Below are positions 1 to 10,041 of a stretch of DNA of 64,000 nt, in pieces (position 1 is the stretch's first letter; every line of letters begins with the position of its first letter). The notes under the pieces were generated by a model that saw only the letters and a list, made by a program, of their open reading frames with translations, had not been told where the DNA came from and made no database searches. This DNA is from an uncultured Gemmatimonadales bacterium (GTDB lineage Bacteria > Gemmatimonadota > Gemmatimonadetes > Longimicrobiales > Gaopeijiaceae), in NCBI GenBank assembly GCA_963809895.1, contig CAWELD010000003.1:1408001-1472000 (forward strand). The letters are read 5' to 3'. The position numbers were made by a program, and so were the translations under genes.

Positions 1-1
1 T

Positions 2-3000
2 ATGGAGGGCTACCGGCTCACGCTGTTGGGATTCCGGTACCAGGTGGCCGAGCAAGCCGGGGCTCCCGCCACGGCGTTGAGCGTCGGAGGCAGCTACGAG
101 TCCGCGGACCTGTGGGTGCCCGGCGCCGGCGACCGCCCGGTGGCGCTGCTCAGGCCCGCCGCTACGGGCAACACCGTGGAGGTGCACGCCGAGTTCGACG
201 CCGGGGCCGTGGCCATGGTGGAAGAGCGCGGGCTGCTGGGCTCGAGCTGGACGGTGCTGGGCGGCCGCAGCGTGGGCCCCGGCGACACGGTGGTGGTCCA
301 GGGACCGGCCGCGAGCTACCGGCTGGTGGCCGAGACCGTGCCCGACACGCTCCACCTGTTGGGGACGCAGGTGGCCCTGCCCTGGGTGCGCCAGCACCTG
401 CTGCGGTTGATGGGCCCCACCGGCTCGCCCGCCCCGGGTTCGGCGCTGCTCCCAGGTGTGGAGCGGGGCCCGCTGGCCAGCCTCCGGCGCTGGCATCCCT
501 CGGTGCTGCAGCGGACCTATCCCCTGGCCGACGTGCTGACCGTGACCGGCGCAGAAGGCAGCCTTCCCGCGCTGTCCAGCTTCTTCTACTACCAGGACGG
601 AGCGCTCCACCTGGCGGATCTGGACAGCGAGGTGCAGGTGCTGCCGGCGGCGAGTGCCGGTGACACCTCGGACCCGGCGCTACCCGACGCCATGCTGACC
701 GGCGGCCGCCTCCTGGTGGCGGGTCTCCCCCATCGCGACTACCCGGAGCCCGATCTCACGCTGCCCGAGCGCTACGGCGTCCGGCCGCTGCGGTCGTTCC
801 GGGTGGAGCGGCACGGGGCGTGGATCGATGCCGGGCTGTCGTCTCCCGAGGTCCGGGGGCTCGACCGGCAGGCGCTGGAAGAGCTGCGCCTGCCCGACAA
901 CCGCGCCCAGGACGGCAGCGCCGTCTACCGCGTCCGCCTGGCCCCGGCCCGCGACGCGCTGGCACGCCAGGCCGTGGTCTTCGCGGCCTCCCCGGAGCGC
1001 TTCGCGGTGCCGGGCCAGGCGATCCTCACGCTTCCCGTGGATCCCGCCGACGGCGACATCGAGGTGCTCACGCCCTCGGGCCAGGCGAGCTGGCACACGG
1101 GGCGTCCCCTGGCCCTGGGGACCGGCGAGCGCAGCCTGCTGGTGCGCGTGGACGGCCAGGGCACCTCGACGGGCTACTGGCTGCTGCACGGGGCGCTCCT
1201 GCTGCTGCCCGTGCTGCTCTTCCTGCTGCGGCCCATGACCGGCCCGGTGTTCGCGCTGGCGCTGGCCGTGCTGGCCCTGGCGGGCTTCCGGCTGGTGTTG
1301 GCGCTGTCCGCGCTGGCGGCGCCGCCCTACGCCATGGAGGCTCAGCAGCTCGGACTGTGGCTGCTTCCGTTCCTGCCCTGGGCGGTGGTGGTGGCGGGCG
1401 AGCTGGGCGCCGGATGGCGAAGGACGGCCAATGCTCCCGAGCCGGCGCCGGCATCGTGGCGTCGCCACGGCTTCCACGCGGTGTACGCCCTGGTTCTCGT
1501 GGGATTCGCGGCGGTCCTCTTCCCCACCTCCTCCACCAAGGCCGGGGCCCTGGGGATCGTGGCGCTGGGCACGGCGGCCATGCGGATGTGGGCGGCCCGG
1601 GGATGGCCCAGGGTGCGAGCGGCGTGGCGGCGGTTCGCGGACCGGATCACCGGCCGCCCGTGGCTGCTCCGGGGATGGGCCCTGGGCCTGGGTCTGCTGG
1701 CGCTCCGGGCGCTGCTGGACGCCGCGGGATGGCGGGAGCAGTTGACGGTGGGCGGCACCCGCATCGGCGTGAGCCTGCTGTACACGCCGCTGGCGGTGGT
1801 CGCGCTGGCGCTGGTTCTGGTCCGGTGGGACGGCGTGTTGCGCCGGGCCCGCGCCGCCGGGGGATTCCCCGGCCAGGTGGCGCGCGCGCTCCTGGACGTG
1901 GGCGCCTTCCTGCTGCTGGCCTACGTGGGCGTCGGCGCCTGGATCAGCGACTTCGGGCTGGCGCTGGTGCTGCTTCCGGGGGCGCTGGTCCTGCTGGCGG
2001 TGGTGGGGGCGCGCTGGGCGCCCCCGGGCCGGGCCGGAGCGCTCACCATGGCCACCCTGGGTCTACCCCTCATGCTCTTCGTCCTGCTCCAGGTGGCGCC
2101 GCCGCTGCTGCGCTTCTCCTGGGGCGGCGACCTGCAGGCCGTGGACGCGCGCCTGGGCGAATGGAACCGCAACGAGCTCCTGCTCCTGGAGCGCGGCGAT
2201 CCGGAGGGGCTCCGCCTCATCGGCCAGCGTCGCAGCGAAGCGCTGGCGGTCATGCGCCAAACCATGCGCTCCTACACCCGGGGCAATCTGCTGGGCAAGG
2301 GATTCCTGGAGGGTCGCGTCTCCGACGAGATCGCCGAGACCTCGACCCGCGAGCACGTGGCCAGCGCCCTGCTGGCCAGCCAGTTCGGCCTGCCGGGCAC
2401 GGCGGGGCTGATCCTGGTGCTGCTGGCGCTGCTGCCGCCGGCGCTGGGCCTCCTGGGAGAGGAGGCTGGCGGAGACCGGGGCCGCGGGGGCGGCCCGACG
2501 TCGCCTTCGCGCCACGAGGGCGGCGGCCCCGCGGCGGGCGTGGGCGTCCTGGCGCTCCTGTTGGTGGCGCTGGTGCCGACGTCGTACCTGCTGCCGTCGC
2601 CCTTCAACGTGCTGCTGGTGGGCGTGGTGCTGCTGGCCCTGCTCGTGGCGCTGCTGGCGCCGGCGTTCGGGGGCGCGGGGGTGTGGGGATGGGCGAACGG
2701 CGGGACGCCCGAGGCCGGGAACGGTCCCGCCGCGCTCCCGGCGCGTCGCCTGATCGCCGCAGCGGCGCTCCTGACCATGGCGCTGGCCGGTCTCTACATG
2801 GTGCTGGCCAACTACGGGCTGGCGTTCTTCACCGGGAAGAACGTCTACCTGCTGGGGCTGGATTCGGTGGGAGACGCGCTGGAGGCGGTGGCGCTTCTGG
2901 CGCTGGCCGCGGTGGCGCTGGGCCTGGAGTCCTCGGCACCGACGAGGCACGAGACGGCGGTTCCGGAATCCCCCGAAACCGCGCTGCAGACGACCCACGC

Positions 3001-3046
3001 GGAGTGGTGGCACGCGTCCGACCGAGGACAGGGAGTGAGGGCATGA
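2..3046 (+). CDS. Divergent SEDS-family (FtsW/RodA/SpoVE-like) polytopic membrane protein with ~390-aa soluble N-terminal extension (possibly 5'-partial)
   Basis: Many TM segments from ~aa 390. SEDS-like motifs: SDFGLALV (cf. PDLG), GNLLGKG, TREHVASALLASQFG (cf. HTDFIFAVIAEEFG), LANYGLAFFTGKNVYLLG (cf. GLLPxTGxPLPFxSYGG). Stop overlaps the start of a PBP-like gene (ATGA). Confidence 0.7.
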   Translation: MEGYRLTLLGFRYQVAEQAGAPATALSVGGSYESADLWVPGAGDRPVALLRPAATGNTVEVHAEFDAGAVAMVEERGLLGSSWTVLGGRSVGPGDTVVVQGPAASYRLVAETVPDTLHLLGTQVALPWVRQHLLRLMGPTGSPAPGSALLPGVERGPLASLRRWHPSVLQRTYPLADVLTVTGAEGSLPALSSFFYYQDGALHLADLDSEVQVLPAASAGDTSDPALPDAMLTGGRLLVAGLPHRDYPEPDLTLPERYGVRPLRSFRVERHGAWIDAGLSSPEVRGLDRQALEELRLPDNRAQDGSAVYRVRLAPARDALARQAVVFAASPERFAVPGQAILTLPVDPADGDIEVLTPSGQASWHTGRPLALGTGERSLLVRVDGQGTSTGYWLLHGALLLLPVLLFLLRPMTGPVFALALAVLALAGFRLVLALSALAAPPYAMEAQQLGLWLLPFLPWAVVVAGELGAGWRRTANAPEPAPASWRRHGFHAVYALVLVGFAAVLFPTSSTKAGALGIVALGTAAMRMWAARGWPRVRAAWRRFADRITGRPWLLRGWALGLGLLALRALLDAAGWREQLTVGGTRIGVSLLYTPLAVVALALVLVRWDGVLRRARAAGGFPGQVARALLDVGAFLLLAYVGVGAWISDFGLALVLLPGALVLLAVVGARWAPPGRAGALTMATLGLPLMLFVLLQVAPPLLRFSWGGDLQAVDARLGEWNRNELLLLERGDPEGLRLIGQRRSEALAVMRQTMRSYTRGNLLGKGFLEGRVSDEIAETSTREHVASALLASQFGLPGTAGLILVLLALLPPALGLLGEEAGGDRGRGGGPTSPSRHEGGGPAAGVGVLALLLVALVPTSYLLPSPFNVLLVGVVLLALLVALLAPAFGGAGVWGWANGGTPEAGNGPAALPARRLIAAAALLTMALAGLYMVLANYGLAFFTGKNVYLLGLDSVGDALEAVALLALAAVALGLESSAPTRHETAVPESPETALQTTHAEWWHASDRGQGVRA

Positions 3047-5605
3047 AGACGACCACCGCCGTCACCTGGGCCGCCGTCGGAACGCTGGCCGTGCTCGGCT
3101 GCCGTGAGCCTCGGGACGGCTCCGGCGGGCTTCTGGGCGCCGCAGGGCTTCGTGGCCCGGGCCGATACGCTCATCCAGCGGGGCAGGGCTGGGGCTGGTG
3201 TGCGAGGCGCAGGACTCCATCGTCACCCGCTTCACGGCCGGGAGCGACGAGGAGGCGTTCTTCGCCGCGAGCTACCTGCGCTCCGACGTGCGCGCGTTCA
3301 ACGCCGGGCAGGACCTGGACCGGTCGCCCTTCCTGGTGGACGGCTGCCGCCTCGTGGGCGTGGACCCGTTCTATCATCGCGTGGACCTGCCGTACAATCG
3401 CCTGCCGCGCTGGCGGGGCTCGCTGCTCTACACCTTCGAGGGCCGCACGGCGACGCTCGAGGGCGCCGCGGCGCAGGAGCTGGAGGTGCGCCGCCCGGTG
3501 GACCGACGGGACGCGGCCACGAGCTCCCAGCGGGTGTCTCCGGCTCAGGACGGAGCGCGGGTGCGCACCGCGCTGCTGCGACTCACCGCGCCCGGCACCC
3601 GCGAAGTCCTGGCCGATGCCTTCTTCGTGGGCGACGACCCGGTGCTGGCGGACCGACGTGACGTCGGATCCGCCGACGTGCTGCGCGTGAACGGCTTCCG
3701 CACGCCGCCTGGCCGGATCCTCGGCTGGAGCCGGGGGATTGGGTGCAGATGGCCAGCGGAGGGGTGTGGACCTGGCTGGCCGAGACCGACGACCGGGCCC
3801 GGGTCGCATCGTTCGTGCGCGTGCGGAACGACCGGGTGGAGCGCCTCTTCCCCGCCACCCGGCTGCAGCCCGTGCTGCAACCCTTCGGACGGGCCATGGA
3901 CCTGGCGCTCCAGACCGTGCCCGGCGGGTCGTCGGCCTCGCTGCTGCAGGCCGACGTGCGCCTGACGCTGGACCGGGAGCTCAGCGACGCCCTGGACGGG
4001 GTGATGGCGGACTGGTGCCGCGAGCACGCCGATCCCACGCGGCCGCGGGCGGCCTCGTTCCTGGTCATGGACGGCTTCACCGGCAAGGTGCGGGCCATGC
4101 CCAGCTGCCCGGGCGCCGCGGAGCTGGCGGCCTACGAGCCGCTGTCGGCGCGGACGCGGGAGCGCTTTCTCAGGAACCAGAACCTGGCGCCCCATCCCGT
4201 GGGGTCGGCGGCGAAGCCCTTCTGGACCGCCGCGGTGGCCACCACCTGGCCCAACATGCTGGACCTCCGGATCCCCGCCCACTCCCCAGGGCCGGCGGGG
4301 GCGGTGTTGGGCTGTCCGCTGTCGGCCCCCTATCACGACGGACACGGGTCCGCCGACTGGACCGGGCTCGAGACCTTCCTGCAGCGCTCGTGCAATCGCT
4401 ACGTGGTGCAGATGGCCTCGGCGGCGCTGGTCCTGGGATCCGCCACCGGCGGTGAGGCGTGCCGGGGGCCGCTGTCCGCGGCCGCGTTCGCGCGCTGCTT
4501 CCCGGCGGCGGAGGCAACCGGCGCCTCGGCCGCGGACTCCACCCGCGTGCTCCGCTTCTGTGACAACGTGGTGGCCACCGCGCTGGCGCCGGGGCTGGAG
4601 GTGGTGGGCGGGAGCTGCGACGACCTGCAGCTCGTCGATGCCGAGTTCGTGCCCGGTCCGGCGCTGTCGGCCATGACCAACGTGGCCGTCTACCGCGAGC
4701 CGTCGCCGGACCTCCGCGGGAGTGGGGGCTCGGCGGCGCTGGGCGATCAGTATCGCCTGGGCCGCTACCGGGTGGATGCCTGGCGGACCGTGCTCGATCG
4801 CCTCATCGCCGCCGGCGATACGGCCGACGTCGTGCACACTGCGCTACGGTTCGCCGGCGCGTCGCCCCAGGCCACCAACCTGGCGCTCAACACGGTGGAG
4901 GAGCTCCGCACCGACTGGGTCAACCTGCTGCTGGGCGGCGAGAACAGCCGCTGGTCCAACTTCGAGCTCGCCGAGGCCACGGCCCGGCTCATGACCGGGC
5001 GGGCCGTGCGAGGCACCTTCGCGGACAGCGTGGGACTGCCCGGGGGCGGGAATCCCCCCGCCGACTCGGCACCCCTGCTGGACGAGGCCACCGTGGCCCC
5101 CGGCGTCCGTCGCCGGGTGCTCCACGCCATGGAGCTGGTGGCGCGTCCGGGAGGCACCGCGGGGCGGCTGCAGCCGGCACTGGCCCGGCTGCGGGAGCGC
5201 GTGCGCGAGGCCGGCGGCCGCACCCCCTACGATCTCTACGCTTTCGCCAAGACCGGGACCCCCGCGGTGGAAACCTCCGCATCGGATCCGCGGCAGGGCG
5301 GCGTCCTCATCCTCGGCCTGCTGGCCGTGCCCAGCGACCAGGGTCGCAGCCGGGCCGTGTCCATGGACGCCTGGGTGAGCGCCTGCCCCCTGGATCCCGA
5401 TCTGCGCCGGGGGATTCTGGAAGTGCCACCCCGGGGCCTACTCGATCCCCAGCGCGCCGTGTCCCTGTCCGTGGCCATCTATCTGGACGACCTCGCCCCC
5501 GGCCAGGGGAGCGGCTCGGCCGTGGACCTGGCGCTCCGCGCTCTCGACGGTGTGGGCGATCTCATGGTCCGCGAGGTGGGGCGGAAGGTGGAGGATGCGG
5601 GCTGA
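3043..5605 (+). CDS. Penicillin-binding protein, transpeptidase family (class-B-like), ~853 aa when repaired; three frameshifts (~3097, ~3180, ~3722)
   Basis: SxxK (SAAK, 4205), SxN (SCN, 4388) and KTG (5249) motifs in order. N-terminal anchor from ATG 3043. GC3-rich coding signal moves across frames (track ORFs 820, 3104, 3198, 3743). Confidence 0.75.
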
Positions 5606-5620
5606 CCTGGGCACTCGGGC

Positions 5621-6418
5621 TCACCACCACCGCACACCGTCCGGGATGGCCCCGGCCCGGATCGCTCGCCGGGCCTCCGCGAGCGCCTTTTTCGCGTCGG
5701 GCCCATTCCAGAACCGTTCCACGGCATCGAGGTGACTCAGGACGGCCTCCCGCTCCCCCACCTCGAGGAGCTCGCGCGCGAGTGAAAAGCCCGGTCCGAA
5801 CGACGACAACCGAGGTGTACTCTCACTCTCCCCGGCTCGACGAAGGAACTCGAGGGCCTCCTCGCGCTGCTGGCGCCGGAGCGCCACCCGGCCCCGAAGC
5901 TGGTTCATCTGATACTGGGTGTCGCCCCGCGTCCGGACGTCCGCCTGCGGGAGGCCCCGCAATGCGCTCGCGGCTAGGGAATCCGCTCTGTCCAGGTCAC
6001 CGGCCTCGAAAAGCGCCTCCGCGAGCGGACGGACCAGCATTCCCCGGACCATTTCGGCTTCCGGCTCGTCCGTGGATGACGGGACCTCCGCGAGGATCCG
6101 CTCCAGGCACACCTGCGATCTCCGGAAGGCCTCACGCCGGGCTTCGCCCTCCATTCCCGCTCGGTCACGGGCCCGGACGACGCAGATGCCCGGTCCATAC
6201 GCAGCCCAGAGTAAGCCGTCGTCTCGGGTCCTCATCGCCGATACGACGATCGTCAGAGCGGTGTCCCGGTCGGCAAGCGTCAACAGGTAGGGGTTCTCTC
6301 TCAACCGGGAACCCAGGGCCTCCCACTCGACCTCGGACGAGGGCACCACGATCCGTTGCCCCGACAGAAATCCGGGGACACACAACAGCATCCCGATCCC
6401 CACCATGCATGTCTTCAT
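5621..6418 (-). CDS. Secreted TPR-like helical-repeat hypothetical protein
   Basis: Signal-peptide-like N-terminus; TPR-like helices (LAEALFEAGDLDRA; LRGRVALRRQQREEALEFL). Confidence 0.6.
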   Translation of the reverse strand: MKTCMVGIGMLLCVPGFLSGQRIVVPSSEVEWEALGSRLRENPYLLTLADRDTALTIVVSAMRTRDDGLLWAAYGPGICVVRARDRAGMEGEARREAFRRSQVCLERILAEVPSSTDEPEAEMVRGMLVRPLAEALFEAGDLDRADSLAASALRGLPQADVRTRGDTQYQMNQLRGRVALRRQQREEALEFLRRAGESESTPRLSSFGPGFSLARELLEVGEREAVLSHLDAVERFWNGPDAKKALAEARRAIRAGAIPDGVRWW

Positions 6419-6497
6419 CTCCGACTCACCCCCTCATTATCCGTGTCGGGCTCAGACTCCGCACATCCCCTTTTCGGCCCGGGGGCCCGCGCTCGTC

Positions 6498-6526
6498 AGG
6501 GAGAACTCCCGGGCGATCTTGAGGCG
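6498..6526 (-). repeat. Degenerate third copy of tRNA-Leu segment (old att-like remnant)
   Basis: agggagaactcccgggcgatcttgaggcg vs tRNA agggataactcccgggcgattttgagtcg: 26/29 identical; weaker similarity continues to ~6477. Confidence 0.7.
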
Positions 6527-6936
6527 TTCGCGCGTCCGGACGGATCGACGCCGTATTCCAGAACCTGGGATTCACACGACGGGGGCGCCATTGGTCGATG
6601 GGCGACCTGTTCGTGGAGGTGCCGTCCACCCATCTCACCGATCCGAGTGAGACCATCCGGGTCGGGCGATGGGTCTTTGAGATCATCGCCAAAGAAGTGC
6701 TGCTTGCCGATCGTATCGTCGGGTACCGGCAGTGGGGCGTCTCCGCCTGGGGCCAACAGGCCGTCGATCTCCTTGCCGCGTTTGGGGAGGACCTCGATCT
6801 GAGGTGGCTGGAGACGCGACTTGAGTCGGAAGGCTCGCTGGACGCACTCGAGCCTCTTCGGCGGCTCCGGTTGATGTCCGCCGACGACAGTCCGCACAGA
6901 ATGGCGCCCGGGGAAAGACTCGGCCTTTCCTATTGA
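6523..6936 (+). pseudogene. 5'-truncated remnant of a nucleotidyltransferase-like (DUF6036-like) protein
   Basis: Frame reads ..IDAVFQNLGFTRRGRHWSMGDLFVEVP..EVLLADRI..DLDLRWLETRL. It is open upstream of the Met only to a TGA (6520) inside the att remnant. Confidence 0.45.
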
Positions 6937-6984
6937 CAGCCAATAGGTGGCCGTCCCAAAATGCTCTTATTGTCCACCAATAGG
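6929..6984 (+). promoter_or_regulatory. Twin palindromic operator-like sites overlapping a putative sigma70 promoter and RBS of padR
   Basis: CCTATTG-N5-CAATAGG (6929-6947, contains TTGACA at 6933) and CTTATTG-N5-CAATAGG (6966-6984, abuts AGGAGA RBS). Confidence 0.7.
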
Positions 6985-6991
6985 AGAGCGG

Positions 6992-7324
6992 ATGGGCGGA
7001 AAGAAGATCGACGTCCTGCAGGGCACCCTGGACCTGATCCTGCTCAAGTTGCTGCAGGGCGGTGCCGCCAACGGATGGCAGCTCACGCAGTCCATCCAGG
7101 TCGTGTCGCAGGGCACGCTGGAGGTCAACTACGGCTCGATCTATCCGGCGCTCCGGCGCCTGGAGGCGCAGGGATGGATCAAGGGCCGGTGGGCGACGAC
7201 GGAGAACAATCGACGCGCCCGCTTCTACGAGCTCACGCCCTCGGGGCGCCGGCAACTCTCGGCCGAACGGAAGCAGTGGGAGCGCTTCTCCCATGCTCTC
7301 GGCCTGATCCTCGACACCGACTGA
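6992..7324 (+). CDS. PadR-family transcriptional regulator (acidobacterial type)
   Basis: LQGTLDLILLKLL..GSIYPALRRLE..W..TENNRRARFYELT..GRRQL; AGGAGA RBS before ATG 6992. Confidence 0.92.
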   Translation: MGGKKIDVLQGTLDLILLKLLQGGAANGWQLTQSIQVVSQGTLEVNYGSIYPALRRLEAQGWIKGRWATTENNRRARFYELTPSGRRQLSAERKQWERFSHALGLILDTD

Positions 7325-7331
7325 GGCTCCC

Positions 7332-9989
7332 ATGCTCGCCCGCTGGCTTGTACGACTCAGGGCGCTCCTCCGCCGCGACGAGGTGGAGTCGGAGTTCGAC
7401 GAGGAGCTGCGCTATCACCTCGATCGGGAGACCGAGCGGAACGAGGCACGGGGCATGAGCCCCCGGGAGGCCCGTCGCGCCGCGCACCGGGCGTTCGGTG
7501 ACCCTGGCCGCCTGAAGGAGGAAGCGCGGGAGACGTGGCGGTGGCGTGGGCTCGACGAACTCGTTCAGGACCTGGGCTACAGCGGGCGGGGCCTCCGGCG
7601 CAGCCCGGCGTTCGCTTTCGTGGCCGTCCTCTCCCTGGGCTTCGGCATCGGCGCCACCAGCACCCTGTTCGGCGTCATCGACGCGCTGGACTTTCGGCCG
7701 TTGCCCTATCCGCGTCCGGACAGGTTGGTGTGGCTGGCGGAGTTGCTGCCTCAAGACAGCGAGCGATGCCCCGGCTGTCCGTGGTATGTCCCCCTCTCGA
7801 CTGCGGCCGCATGGCAAGCGCGGGCGCACTCCTTCGAAGCGGTGGCGACCTGGTGGCGCTCGGGTGCGTACCTCCCGGACGGTGGCGCGTCGCGTTCCTT
7901 GAGCGTCGGTCAGGCGTCCCCGGGCTTCTTCGATATCCTTGGCGCGCGCCCTCGCCTGGGGCGGACGTTTCTTCCGGAGGATACGGTGCCCGGCGCCGAG
8001 CCGGTCACCGTCCTGAGCTACACCACCTGGCAGCGCGAATTCGGCGGCGACCCTCGAGTCGTGGGGAAGCGGCTGGCGTACTTCCGGGACATGACGCTCA
8101 CCGAGTCCAGGGCCGCGACCGTGGTGGGGGTGCTGCCCGATGGCTTCCGCTTCGATCAGCAGGTGCACGCGTTCTGGATTCCCCTGTCGGCTGGCCGGGA
8201 CGGCGACGCCAGTCCGGACGGCACGTACGGAGACGTGCTTGCGCGCCTCAAGCCGGGGATCGCTCGGGACCAGGCGGAGGAGGAGCTCCGCGCCGTTGCC
8301 CGGGGCCTGCATGCCCAGGATTCGGACCCGTTCCAGGACGTCACGATCCGCCCCCTGCGGGAGCGGCTGGGGATGGGAACCGGAGAAGGGCGGGGCGTGC
8401 TCTTCGCCATCACGGGCCTGGTCCTCCTCATCGCCGTCATGAACGTCGCCGGCCTGTCATTGGCGAGAGCGGTGTCGCGCCGAAGAGAGCTGACGCTACG
8501 GGCGGCCCTCGGCGCACGCCGCGGGAGGCTCGTGCGCCAACTTCTCGTGGAGGGGACCCTGCTCGGGGTCATGGGGGGTGCCGCCGGCGTGTTGGTCAGC
8601 GGGTGGGGCATGGCCGCAGCCCGGACCTGGTTCCAACTCGGGAATGCCGCCACCTCCACCGAGCTCGACCACCGGATTGTCCTCTTCAGCGCCGGGGCCT
8701 CCCTGCTGGTGGGAATCCTGACTGCCCTCCTGCCCATCCTGCACCTCGGGCGCGGGGACGTGCACATGTCGTTGCGACAACGTCCAGGGTCCGGCTCCTC
8801 GAGCCGCGTCGGTGGGGTGACTGCGACTCTTCTGGCGGCGCAGGTGGCTGCCGGCCTCATGCTTGTCACCGGGGCGGGGCTGCTCGGCTCGGAGTTCCTG
8901 GAGGTCCGGTATCTGGACACGGGCCTCGACCCCGCGGGGCTGTACGAAGGCTACCTGTTCGGCTTCGACGATCCGGCGCTTCTCGAGTCGCCCGAAGGCT
9001 GGAGGCCACAACTCGAGGATGTCGACGCTCGAGCCAGGAGGATTCGGGGCGTGTCAGGGGTTGCCCTGCGACACTGGTCCGCCCGGTCTCCGGCCGTGGT
9101 GCGCCCCGACGGACCGGGGGCAGCCTCGCTCGACGAGCACACGCCCACGGTGCGCGCGGTAACTCGGGGCTACTTCCAGACTCTGGGGACGCCGATCCTC
9201 CGGGGCCGAGGGTTCACAGATAGCGACCGCAAGGGCGCCAGGTCCGTGGCGGTGCTCAATCGGGCCGCTGCTGCCCGTTTCTGGCCCGGCGCAGACCCGT
9301 TGGGCCGGGCAGTGTTCGTGGGTGATTCCACCGGTGCCGGTGAATGGCTCACCGTGGTGGGGGTGGTGGCAGACGTGGAGACGGGCGCGATGGTCGAGCG
9401 CCATTGGTCCGTGGTCTACCGCCCACTCGCCCAGGCGCCCATCTACCATGCGGCGGCGAGTCTCTTCGTGCGTGTTCCCTCCCGGGCACAGGCCACGCTT
9501 CAGGGGGTGCAGATGGCCGTGCGCGAAGCGCTCGGCCACCCTACCAGCACGCTCCGGTCCGTCGAGGACGAACTGGGAGCGCGGTACGTCACGGAGCGCT
9601 TCAACGCCCTGGCGTTGAACCTGTTCGCCGCCTTCGCACTCCTGCTGGCCTCCATGGGGATCTACGGCAGCGTCGCGTATCAGGTGGCGAGACGGACGCG
9701 GGAGATCGGGATCAGGGTGGCGCTGGGTGCGAAAAAGGGGCGCGTGCTGAGGCTGGTGGCACGGCACGCGGCGGGGGTGGCCGCGGCTGGCATCCTCGTG
9801 GGCCTCGGCGGCTCCATCCTATTGGTTCGCGTGCTCGGCGTCTTCGTGTCCGCAACCCGTGTCGGTGGTGACCCCTGGATGTTCGCCGCTTCTGCCGCGG
9901 TGGTCGGCGGCGTGGCGCTTCTCGCCACGTGGATCCCGGCCCGCCGCGCCACTGCGGTCGATCCCGTCGTGGCACTCCGGAGCGACTGA
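7332..9989 (+). CDS. Duplicated orphan ABC permease (ADOP; two MacB-PCD/FtsX units)
   Basis: DEELRYHL prefix domain, DLGYSGRGLRRSPAF, RRTREIGIRVALGA, PARRATAVDPVVALRSD; directly follows padR. Confidence 0.92.
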   Translation: MLARWLVRLRALLRRDEVESEFDEELRYHLDRETERNEARGMSPREARRAAHRAFGDPGRLKEEARETWRWRGLDELVQDLGYSGRGLRRSPAFAFVAVLSLGFGIGATSTLFGVIDALDFRPLPYPRPDRLVWLAELLPQDSERCPGCPWYVPLSTAAAWQARAHSFEAVATWWRSGAYLPDGGASRSLSVGQASPGFFDILGARPRLGRTFLPEDTVPGAEPVTVLSYTTWQREFGGDPRVVGKRLAYFRDMTLTESRAATVVGVLPDGFRFDQQVHAFWIPLSAGRDGDASPDGTYGDVLARLKPGIARDQAEEELRAVARGLHAQDSDPFQDVTIRPLRERLGMGTGEGRGVLFAITGLVLLIAVMNVAGLSLARAVSRRRELTLRAALGARRGRLVRQLLVEGTLLGVMGGAAGVLVSGWGMAAARTWFQLGNAATSTELDHRIVLFSAGASLLVGILTALLPILHLGRGDVHMSLRQRPGSGSSSRVGGVTATLLAAQVAAGLMLVTGAGLLGSEFLEVRYLDTGLDPAGLYEGYLFGFDDPALLESPEGWRPQLEDVDARARRIRGVSGVALRHWSARSPAVVRPDGPGAASLDEHTPTVRAVTRGYFQTLGTPILRGRGFTDSDRKGARSVAVLNRAAAARFWPGADPLGRAVFVGDSTGAGEWLTVVGVVADVETGAMVERHWSVVYRPLAQAPIYHAAASLFVRVPSRAQATLQGVQMAVREALGHPTSTLRSVEDELGARYVTERFNALALNLFAAFALLLASMGIYGSVAYQVARRTREIGIRVALGAKKGRVLRLVARHAAGVAAAGILVGLGGSILLVRVLGVFVSATRVGGDPWMFAASAAVVGGVALLATWIPARRATAVDPVVALRSD

Positions 9990-10041
9990 AGGTCACCATG
10001 AGCCGGAGGTGTCCCCCGCTTACTCGTATCCTCCGACCCCA

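Noticed and set aside
3043..3102. Lipobox VLGC at the PBP N-terminus
   Set aside because: GC3 pattern favours the shifted frame from ~3098, so the Cys is probably created by the indel.
820..3690. 956-aa overlapping + strand ORF and many other long Arg/Gly/Pro-rich or antisense ORFs (e.g. 13161-15455, 20797-23100, 45568-48102)
   Set aside because: Stop-poor shadow frames of real genes in high-GC DNA. Only 3043-3097 of this ORF is real (the PBP N-terminus).
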